Source: Candidatus Thorarchaeota archaeon
Lineage (GTDB): Archaea > Asgardarchaeota > Thorarchaeia > Thorarchaeales > Thorarchaeaceae
DNA: 14,969 nt
NCBI GenBank assembly: GCA_048884965.1
Contig: JBHLQH010000010.1
Span: 1-14,969, forward strand
Direction: 5' to 3'
Numbering within the stretch: position 1 is the first letter of the stretch; the number at the start of each line of letters is the position of its first letter. The notes beneath the pieces are model-generated. The model saw only the letters and a list, made by a program, of their open reading frames with translations. It did no database searches and was not told the DNA's origin. Made by a program: the position numbers and the translations under genes. Positions 1 through 7,292 of the stretch are shown in pieces.

Positions 1-17
1 TGTGCATGTACAAAATT

Positions 18-24
18 AGGGTGA
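18..24 (+). promoter_or_regulatory. Shine-Dalgarno-like site (AGGGTGA) for the 32..409 ORF
   Basis: AGGGTGA lies 7 nt upstream of ATG 32 and resembles the archaeal GGAGGTGA consensus. Confidence 0.55.
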
Positions 25-31
25 ACAAACC

Positions 32-409
32 ATGTTGTACCAACTACTACTGTTTGTTCTCTTTGCGTTAAACATGAGTGCTATGTTTAGTGGCTTCATG
101 TTAGCAAGGAGAATGGGCATGTATCTCATGATGCAGGTCATGATGCTTATGCTCGGGATGTTCGTCGGACTTATTGCTCTGATCCTTCCATTCATTGGAT
201 TTGCAGATTTCGTGATCTGGCTACTTGTCCTCGATCTAGTGTTCGTGGCAATTGCATTCCTACTAGAATTTGGAACAGTCGTGCCAATACTCATGAAGAC
301 TATGCAGGGCGGACCAATTCACAGCTCACACATCACCAACCTGATCGTGACCTTGTTCTACTTGCTCGGACTTGTACTGTTTTGGGGAAGTTTGATGGCA
401 ATCGTGTAA
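32..409 (+). CDS. Hypothetical Met-rich integral membrane protein (about 4 TM helices)
   Basis: 125-aa ORF with an SD, four hydrophobic stretches and 15 Met; 15 nt upstream of the DsrE-like gene on the same strand. No family recognised. Confidence 0.8.
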   Translation: MLYQLLLFVLFALNMSAMFSGFMLARRMGMYLMMQVMMLMLGMFVGLIALILPFIGFADFVIWLLVLDLVFVAIAFLLEFGTVVPILMKTMQGGPIHSSHITNLIVTLFYLLGLVLFWGSLMAIV

Positions 410-424
410 GGAGATGAAATAAAA

Positions 425-799
425 ATGGCACAGAATAATCCACAATTATACATTATCGGACAATGGGGACCTGAAGTGGCGGAACGATGCTACGGACCAT
501 TTGTGACTGGAACCACTGCACAAGCTCAGGATATCCGGGCAAATATCTTTCTGATGATGGATGCTGTCTATCTCATCAAGAAAGGAATTCCTGAGAAAAT
601 CAGAGCACCCGGATTCCCACCTCTTCAAGATCTCATCAAGACATTCTTAGATGAAGGTGGTAAAATCCAAGTATGCTCCAATTCTTACGAGTTCCGTGGA
701 ATGAAAGAAGCGGATTTCATGGATCCAAGAATCGAAGTAGCTGGCGCAGCCACGATGATTGATGAAGTCCTAAAGCATGACAAAGTTATGTTCTTCTAA
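425..799 (+). CDS. DsrE/DsrF-like family protein (COG2044-type putative sulfur carrier/peroxiredoxin)
   Basis: 124 aa; GPEVAERCYGPF, IFLMMDAVYLIKKG, GGKIQVCSNSYEFRG (conserved Cys84) and VAGAATMI are characteristic of DsrE-like proteins. SD-like GGAGATGA at 410-417. Confidence 0.88.
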   Translation: MAQNNPQLYIIGQWGPEVAERCYGPFVTGTTAQAQDIRANIFLMMDAVYLIKKGIPEKIRAPGFPPLQDLIKTFLDEGGKIQVCSNSYEFRGMKEADFMDPRIEVAGAATMIDEVLKHDKVMFF

Positions 800-801
800 T
801 G

Positions 802-827
802 GATTGATGGGGCAGAGCCCCACAATC
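802..827. terminator. Stem-loop between convergent dsrE-like and LLM genes (putative terminator or 3' stabiliser)
   Basis: GATTG-a-TGGGGC-aga-GCCCCA-CAATC forms an 11-bp stem with one bulged A, starting 2 nt after the stop at 799 and followed by ctatttattg. Confidence 0.5.
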
Positions 828-850
828 ATCCTATTTATTGCTTGCAATTC

Positions 851-1792
851 CTATAGTTTTGAGAGGACTTTGGATCTAAGCAGTTTCATCTGGTCAATCT
901 CATTCTCATGTGGAAACATGAAGATGGCGTGGTCAAGATCTAGTTCCTGAAATCTCTCAAGCTTCTCTATGATTGCTTCTGGAGTTCCCCATAAAGCAGA
1001 TTCAATTCGTCGTTTGTACTCATCAACTCCAATGCCCCGTTTGGCGGCATTTTCAATTATTGCTGAAATCATCTGTTCCTCATCTTCAAAGCACCTCGTC
1101 CAGAATCCAACTGACCTAAGAATGGAACCGCTTTCTCGACCATGTTTCTGACTGAAGTTGTCAAGCCTTTCGAAGATACGCTGGCATTGCTCTGGAGTGA
1201 AAGACCAAGCGACATTAACACCATCAGCATATTTCGCAGTTAGCTCAAGCATGCGATCTTTTGCCTTCATCGTGCCAATCCATATTCTTGGCGCATCTTG
1301 GAAAGGTTTTGGATATGAAACCAGACTACTGACTGAATAGTGCTCACCTGAGAAAGAGAATCTCTCCTCAGACCAGATTCCGCGTATGATCTGTACTGCT
1401 TCTTCTAGCTGATTGATACGCATATCATCGTTTAGAAACTCGTAGCCATATGCATTATATTCAATCTCTTTCCATCCAGCTCCATAGCCAAATTCGAAAC
1501 GTCCTTCAGAAAGGGTGTCTAATGTTGCGGCCATTTTCGCTGTAAGCGCAGGATTTCTGTAGCTATTGCAGAATACCAGACTTCCAACTCGCACGGTTTT
1601 ATTCTCACGAACGAGTGCAGTCATCAGTAGCCAAGGGTCAAGCAGGATTCTATCTGTGGCATCTTTATCAAGCATGAAATGATCAGAGAACCACATTGTT
1701 GAGAAACCACATGCAACTGCAGTTTCAGAGATTGCAAGGATCGAGTCATAGTTGAAACCAAACTGCGGTTCTATCTGTACACCAAACTCCAT
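851..1792 (-). CDS. LLM-class (luciferase-like) oxidoreductase, probably F420-dependent
   Basis: WFSDHF, LDPW, VGSLVFCNSYRNPALTAKMAATLDTLSEGRFEFGYGAGW, EYNAYG, PKPFQ..PRIWIG, YADGVN, GTPE. ATG 1792 (MEFGVQI) fits the family N-terminus better than GTG 1819. Confidence 0.9.
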   Translation of the reverse strand: MEFGVQIEPQFGFNYDSILAISETAVACGFSTMWFSDHFMLDKDATDRILLDPWLLMTALVRENKTVRVGSLVFCNSYRNPALTAKMAATLDTLSEGRFEFGYGAGWKEIEYNAYGYEFLNDDMRINQLEEAVQIIRGIWSEERFSFSGEHYSVSSLVSYPKPFQDAPRIWIGTMKAKDRMLELTAKYADGVNVAWSFTPEQCQRIFERLDNFSQKHGRESGSILRSVGFWTRCFEDEEQMISAIIENAAKRGIGVDEYKRRIESALWGTPEAIIEKLERFQELDLDHAIFMFPHENEIDQMKLLRSKVLSKL

Positions 1793-1846
1793 TGTTATCA
1801 CGAAAGAGTGGACAACCACATGAATAAGGATTTGGGAAAGAAATCA

Positions 1847-3247
1847 CTAATGAGGGTAACAGGGTCTCATTAGGAGATTCATCAAAGCTACCCTGACGTC
1901 CTCAACATCAGCAAATCCTGCGAGCTCTGTATCGCATATTCTGGTCAGAGGAAGCATTGGAAGATCGTCCTCCTTAATCCGCGAATTTGGATCATCAACA
2001 TTGATTACTTCTGAGAGGGCGTTAGGAATCCCAAGTTCTTCCATTACTCCTGTAAGGATCTCATATGTTGGCTCACAAAATAGGCAATGGTTTGATTTAT
2101 AGAATGATATACAGGAGGTCTTTCCACATTCCAAGATTTTCTGCTCATTCCATGCGGGAAGCATGACAATGAATCTCGCACCTTCTGAGGGATTTCCCTC
2201 AATCTTGTCTTCGACCCAGACTTCTCCGCCCAAGGTTTCAAGAATTCTGTCTGCAAGAGTTAAGCCTAAACCTCTACCAACTACTTGTTTCTCGGGTCTT
2301 CCAGTTCTTTTAAAGATAAACTCCTTGAGGTTATCTGGTACTCCAGGACCATGATCCTCGAAAACAATACGAATTTTCTCTCGAGTCTTCGTATGTGTAG
2401 CAGATACCGATACGCGAACTTCGTCTGAAGGATCATACTGCATAGAGTTGTGGAGTATATTGAAGAATACGGTGGTTAGAAGCTGATGTGCTTCTGCGAT
2501 GAAAATTCCTTCAGCGATATCGGATTGCAGCAATAGCTTCTTGGTGTCAAACTCGTTTGATACAGCATAAATTGCATCAATTAGACATGTGTGTATATCA
2601 GTCCATTCCTTCTGGATTGAGGTTTCACTCAAGGAAAAGATAGTTCGTAAATTAGAGATCATTCTTGAGGCTCTTTTTACTTCCATTAGTGTACTAATCA
2701 GAAGATTCGAGCCTGTATCATTAAGTGGTTGCGATTCGCCAAGAAGGCCTAGTGAAAATATCAGACTCTGATTGACATTGTTCAGATCATGGGTCATAAC
2801 TTCAAGAACAAGAGACGCTCGTTCCCTTTCAGCTGTAGCTCGGGCTTCCGCGTGTTTTCTTCGGTCAATATTTGTAGCTAGAAGTCCAATCGATTTTCCT
2901 CCAGTGTTTCGATTGATAATACTAGCAGTCACACCAACCCAGATAGTATCTCCATCAGAGGTGATCATTTGAACTTCAACATTTTTGAGTTCCTTGCCTT
3001 GCAGGACTTCTGAGATCAGGATTTTACCTGTATCATGCGATACTCCTGCAGAAGGGAATATTGAGGATATGTTACGTTTCAACAAGTCAGATTCAGGGAA
3101 TCCGAGCAGCTCGACGGCTGCATTGTTCACTTGTTGGATGATACCAGACTGACTAAGAGCAAAGTATGCAATAGGAGAAGAATTGAATAGAACCTGATAT
3201 ATGTCATCAGCATATTCCTTCTCTTCTATAGCAGAATCTCTAGTCAA
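1847..3247 (-). CDS. PAS sensor histidine kinase with C-terminal thioredoxin/glutaredoxin-like (CxxC) domain
   Basis: PAS (LFNSSPIAYF..IQQVNNAAVELLG..TNIDRRK), H-box VMTHDLNNVNQ, N-box FFNILHNSMQY, G1 EDHGPG, F-box IFKR, G2 GRGLGL, GARFIVMLP; then about 100 extra aa with FYKSNHCLFC and LPMLP. TTG start with an in-frame stop just upstream. Confidence 0.9.
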   Translation of the reverse strand: MTRDSAIEEKEYADDIYQVLFNSSPIAYFALSQSGIIQQVNNAAVELLGFPESDLLKRNISSIFPSAGVSHDTGKILISEVLQGKELKNVEVQMITSDGDTIWVGVTASIINRNTGGKSIGLLATNIDRRKHAEARATAERERASLVLEVMTHDLNNVNQSLIFSLGLLGESQPLNDTGSNLLISTLMEVKRASRMISNLRTIFSLSETSIQKEWTDIHTCLIDAIYAVSNEFDTKKLLLQSDIAEGIFIAEAHQLLTTVFFNILHNSMQYDPSDEVRVSVSATHTKTREKIRIVFEDHGPGVPDNLKEFIFKRTGRPEKQVVGRGLGLTLADRILETLGGEVWVEDKIEGNPSEGARFIVMLPAWNEQKILECGKTSCISFYKSNHCLFCEPTYEILTGVMEELGIPNALSEVINVDDPNSRIKEDDLPMLPLTRICDTELAGFADVEDVRVALMNLLMRPCYPH

Positions 3248-3421
3248 TTTTTGTCCCTTGCCAGAATAGTGATGTGCTATCTAGTCCCAGTCAGTACCAA
3301 TAACCGATTAAGTTGAGGTACAATCGCATTCGGTCCGAGTACTTCATCGCTTGTTTCTACTGATAATAGTATCTGGGAGGAATCTCTGAGTGCATGGAGG
3401 CATATCTGTCATTGAAGAAGG

Positions 3422-3429
3422 TTTATTAA
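3422..3429 (+). promoter_or_regulatory. Putative archaeal TATA box (TTTATTAA) with purine-rich BRE-like segment upstream
   Basis: gaagaagg-TTTATTAA about 45-50 nt before ATG 3474; SD GGAGTGA at 3461-3467. Confidence 0.6.
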
Positions 3430-3453
3430 TACTTGAATAGTCGTTCAAATGTT
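3428..3453. promoter_or_regulatory. ArsR/SmtB-type operator, imperfect 12-2-12 inverted repeat
   Basis: AATACTTGAA-TAGTCG-TTCAAATGTT has the TGAA-N6-TTCA core of SmtB/CzrA operators and lies immediately upstream of an SmtB-like repressor gene. Confidence 0.75.
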
Positions 3454-3473
3454 CAACTATGGAGTGATACCTC

Positions 3474-3797
3474 ATGTCCGCATCAAGTTTTGATCAGGAT
3501 TCGGTCGTTATATTAGAGGGTGAACTCGACAGTGTAGTGAAGATATTCAAGGCACTTGCAGACAACACTCGAGTGAGAATCATCTCAATTCTTACGACTC
3601 CTAATCGCTATGCTGTATCAGAACTTGCTGATATCCTGGAAATGGACATCAGCAGAGTAAGTCATCAACTTACGAAGCTAGAGGATATGGGATTCATTAA
3701 AGGAACTAGAGACGGAAGGAACATCTATTATGAACTCCAAGACGAATGCATCAGAACCATCCTCAGAAACGCAAAGGATCATGTTGGCGGAAAGTAA
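3474..3797 (+). CDS. ArsR/SmtB family metalloregulatory repressor
   Basis: FKALADNTRVRII, VSELA, SRVSHQLTKL (SmtB/CzrA-like recognition helix), RDGRNIYYEL; SD GGAGTGA; directly upstream of a metal ATPase. Confidence 0.93.
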   Translation: MSASSFDQDSVVILEGELDSVVKIFKALADNTRVRIISILTTPNRYAVSELADILEMDISRVSHQLTKLEDMGFIKGTRDGRNIYYELQDECIRTILRNAKDHVGGK

Positions 3798-5691
3798 AAC
3801 AGTGTGCACACACTGTGAAGCAGAGCGAGCTGCTAGCGAAGCAGTGAGCTTTAGGACCAAGTATATTCTTGCATTTATTTCAGGAGTTTCCTTGGTCTTA
3901 GGAATTATCATGCAATTACTGATATTCCATCCTATTATCATCTATGGCACATTTCTTGTAGCCATCTTTTCAGCTGGAAGATGGATAATCGTTAATGGAA
4001 TTCGTAGCATTCTAAAGGCACATTTAGGGATTAGCTTCTTGATGACTGTTGCAGCCTTTGGCGCTCTCGTTATTGGTGAACCGGCTGAAGGAGCAACTGT
4101 AATGTTCCTATTCTACATCGCTGAGCTTCTAGAAGCAAAAGCAGGCGACAGAGTTAGAATTGAAATTGAAAGCCTGATGAAACTGGAACCTGACTCTGTT
4201 AATATACTCTCGAATGGATCGGAACATAGTGAACATCCGGATCATGTAAAAATAGGACAGACATTCTCAGTTAAACCAGGTGAACGGATAGGTCTTGATG
4301 GATTAGTATCAAAAGGTGTTTCAACCGTTAACCAAGCACCCATTACTGGAGAATCGATTCCTGTTGAGAAGAACATAGGTGATGAGGTCTTTGCCGGTAC
4401 GATCAATGTTGATGGATATTTGGAAGTAGAAGTGCTCAGGCTATCTGAAAACTCCGTTCTATCAAGAATCGTCAAGCTAGTTCAAGAAGCAAGGAAATCT
4501 AAATCATCGACCGAGAAGTTTGTATCACGTTTCTCGCATGTCTACACTCCAATCGTGATAGTAGGTGCGTTACTTTTGGCAATTTTCACATTCCTACTTG
4601 GAGCACCTATCGAATCTGCAGTATATAGGGGCCTTACTCTTCTAGTAATTTCATGCCCATGCGCTTTTGCCATCTCAATCCCGGTTAGCATGGTATCTTC
4701 AATCGTCGGATCAGCAAGAGAAGGAGTACTAGTGAAGGGTTCCAATCATCTGGAATTATTAAGCAAGACGAAGAATGTAGCCTTCGATAAGACTGGGACT
4801 CTAACATATGGCAATCTTACACTACAGGATATTTGCTTGCATAATGGAGCAACTAGAGAAGATGTTTTAGGAGCCGCCATAGCACTAGAGAGCATGTCTG
4901 AGCATCCCATTGCACAGGCTCTAATTCAAGCAGGAGCAGGAGAGGGGATTAGTAAAGCTGCAGCGGATGAATTCATTGCAATCCCCGGCAGAGGAGTGAA
5001 AGGAAAGGTCGGACAGGAAACCTATATTGTTGGTAATAAGAAATTACTAATTGCAGAACGCATCGATCTTCCGACCGAAGAACATGTATGCGGCACTGGT
5101 ACAATGGTCTATGTCGTTCGTGAAACTACTCATCTTGGCACTGTAATTCTTGGAGATTCCATTCGACAAGGGACGATTGAAGCAGTATCTGAACTAAGAC
5201 ACTCAGGAATCAAAACAGTAATGCTAACTGGTGATAGTCATGATATTGCTGAAGAAGTTGCAGCAGAATTAGGAGTAGATTTCTTCTTTGCTGAGCTTCT
5301 TCCAGAGCAGAAAGTGGAGAAAATACGAGAACTCTCTTCACAAGGATCTACTATAATGGTAGGGGATGGAATTAATGACACGCCAGCTCTGGCAGCGGCG
5401 GATGTTGGCGTTGCAATGGGAGTCATTGCTAGTGATGCCGCTATAGAGACTGCAGATATCGCCTTAATGGTTGAAGATCTGAGAAAGATACCGAGATTGA
5501 TCAAGAGATCGAAGAGAACTATGCGCATAGTAAAACAGAATGTAACTCTGTCCATCTCAGCTAAACTTTTCGTGGGAGCTCTTGCCATAACTGGTATCGC
5601 GACTCTTTGGATGGCAATCCTCTTTGGAGATATGGGTCTGACTTTGGCTGTTATCCTTAATGCGTTGAGATTGGCTCGAAAACGAACCTAG
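3781..5691 (+). CDS. cadA: Heavy-metal translocating P1B-type ATPase, Zn/Cd/Pb (P1B-2, CadA/ZntA-like)
   Basis: TGES, SCPCAFAIS, DKTGT, SEHP, MLTGD, GDGINDTPAL, TM Lys (ISAKL) and GDMG...NALRL (P1B-2 signature). ATG 3781 (17-nt overlap with the repressor) is preferred over ATG 3730. Confidence 0.92.
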   Translation: MLAESKTVCTHCEAERAASEAVSFRTKYILAFISGVSLVLGIIMQLLIFHPIIIYGTFLVAIFSAGRWIIVNGIRSILKAHLGISFLMTVAAFGALVIGEPAEGATVMFLFYIAELLEAKAGDRVRIEIESLMKLEPDSVNILSNGSEHSEHPDHVKIGQTFSVKPGERIGLDGLVSKGVSTVNQAPITGESIPVEKNIGDEVFAGTINVDGYLEVEVLRLSENSVLSRIVKLVQEARKSKSSTEKFVSRFSHVYTPIVIVGALLLAIFTFLLGAPIESAVYRGLTLLVISCPCAFAISIPVSMVSSIVGSAREGVLVKGSNHLELLSKTKNVAFDKTGTLTYGNLTLQDICLHNGATREDVLGAAIALESMSEHPIAQALIQAGAGEGISKAAADEFIAIPGRGVKGKVGQETYIVGNKKLLIAERIDLPTEEHVCGTGTMVYVVRETTHLGTVILGDSIRQGTIEAVSELRHSGIKTVMLTGDSHDIAEEVAAELGVDFFFAELLPEQKVEKIRELSSQGSTIMVGDGINDTPALAAADVGVAMGVIASDAAIETADIALMVEDLRKIPRLIKRSKRTMRIVKQNVTLSISAKLFVGALAITGIATLWMAILFGDMGLTLAVILNALRLARKRT

Positions 5692-5700
5692 TTCATACTC

Positions 5701-7287
5701 TCATTTGTAGGACTTCAAAGCATGTACCGATAAAGACAGGAATAAGAGGATGATACATGCTGTAAAGAATGGAAGTATGATCAGTATCTCAATTTGTGTA
5801 GCGAATTCAGATGCAATCCAGATAATGATACCTCCGAGAACCAGATTGATAGCTGGGAATGAGAACGCTAGAGGGACTGGTGGATTCTTGGGATCATTGG
5901 TGTATACAGGAACATAAGCTCCCGCTAGGATTCCTGTAGCAGAGAATACAACTATCAAAGGACCAGCCAAGGAGATTAGGTATATTGCACCCTGTACTCT
6001 GAAGAAATAGAGAATGAATAGATAGAGCGGAAAAGATGTTAAAGATATCTCGATGAGGCTTAGGAGATATTTCGCTAAGACTATGTCTTTGGAACGAAAT
6101 GGACTTGCTCGAAGAAGGTAGATATTCTCTTTTTCATCAACGAAAGCGAGAAGCGATGGCAATGTTCCCATCTGCGTGAGAAGTATCAGAACCAGAAGAA
6201 ATGCAGGAGTCACAGAGGCACTGAATTGAGGGGGAATGGGGATTGGGGACAGCCAGATGGGCTGAGCAATGTTGATTATTAGTCCAAAAGAAACGCCGAA
6301 GATAACATACATGTATTTCCAAAACTGTAGTGGAGTCCTCATTTTGCTCCAAAAATCCTTCAAGATTATCCAGATCATTGGATCATTGAATTTCGAAGCT
6401 GAGAAGTCTACTTGTCCTCGTACTCTACGGCTGAATGTTCCTTCAGTTTCTTCACGACTTTGCTGTGCAGAGAATACTTCGTAAACATCATAGTCTGTTA
6501 TATTAGCTAGCGCCAACATCGATATGATGAATGAAACGAGGAGGATCAGGACCAAAGGACCAACAGTGACTCCTATAGCATGCACATTGAAGGTTTCCAT
6601 GAGGATTACGCTCATGATATTACTCGGGTATCCAAATTGGATGATTGGATTATCAGTTACACCGGGTATGGTTGGGAAGTAAAGAAGAAGTGCCATTGCG
6701 AGAAGTAGAAGATAACGCAAACGGGAGTTTGTCCTGATATCCACCTTCGTCTTTACGATGTTGCAAAATCCACCAACGAAATAGTTGAATTCCAGTAGCA
6801 GAATTACTGACACAACAAGTAAGACTAGAGATAGTGCCACAAAACGTGCTTTCTCTAGCAGAGGGAATGCGATAATAATGCCTAGAAAAATGTATGCTGA
6901 TTTTCTAACAATTCTACGAACGTATCGTGCTAGAAACAGCTGATGTGGCTGCACAGGTCCCGGCATCAGAATATACTCATCTGAAGAATCAAGTACCTCG
7001 GTAGGACCCAAACCAAAATAGCCCCCCACTCCGGAAGCGACAGTAAGGATTCCTATGGTCGCAAAGATTGCTGAACGGTCGATATTCTCCTCAAGAAGGA
7101 TTCCAATAGGTGCAAAGAAAGGTGCAAGGTTGATTAGAGTTGACAGGATAGATGCAACAAAGAAGGCTCCAGCAATTGTGATGGCATAAAACGCTAGTAG
7201 AGAGGGAGTCGTAATGGTCTGAATGAATTGATTATAGATCATCCGTAGCTCCATCCTAATGAGGAAAGGCGTTTTTATGCTAGACAT
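5701..7287 (-). CDS. Putative ABC exporter permease (multi-TM, ABC-2-like)
   Basis: About 12-13 hydrophobic segments, with IILKDF and DEKENIYLLRASPFRSKDIVLAKY motifs; immediately downstream of an ABC ATPase. ATG 7287 follows GGAGTGA; the alternative start is GTG 7296. Confidence 0.82.
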   Translation of the reverse strand: MSSIKTPFLIRMELRMIYNQFIQTITTPSLLAFYAITIAGAFFVASILSTLINLAPFFAPIGILLEENIDRSAIFATIGILTVASGVGGYFGLGPTEVLDSSDEYILMPGPVQPHQLFLARYVRRIVRKSAYIFLGIIIAFPLLEKARFVALSLVLLVVSVILLLEFNYFVGGFCNIVKTKVDIRTNSRLRYLLLLAMALLLYFPTIPGVTDNPIIQFGYPSNIMSVILMETFNVHAIGVTVGPLVLILLVSFIISMLALANITDYDVYEVFSAQQSREETEGTFSRRVRGQVDFSASKFNDPMIWIILKDFWSKMRTPLQFWKYMYVIFGVSFGLIINIAQPIWLSPIPIPPQFSASVTPAFLLVLILLTQMGTLPSLLAFVDEKENIYLLRASPFRSKDIVLAKYLLSLIEISLTSFPLYLFILYFFRVQGAIYLISLAGPLIVVFSATGILAGAYVPVYTNDPKNPPVPLAFSFPAINLVLGGIIIWIASEFATQIEILIILPFFTACIILLFLSLSVHALKSYK

Positions 7288-7292
7288 AGAAT

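Noticed and set aside
1-31. 3' end of an upstream gene
   Set aside because: Probably present, but too short to determine frame or identity.
800-831. Hairpin after dsrE as a SECIS element
   Set aside because: Neither upstream gene has an in-frame TGA, and the stem lacks a convincing SECIS core or apical A-rich loop.
3730-3780. Longer N-terminus of the P1B ATPase from ATG 3730
   Set aside because: Would overlap the repressor's alpha5 coding region by 68 nt; ATG 3781 gives a more plausible short overlap.
5238-5588. 116-aa minus-strand ORF and other short ORFs inside the ATPase (3678-3941, 4242-4475, 4542-4745)
   Set aside because: Antisense shadows of the conserved P-type ATPase gene.
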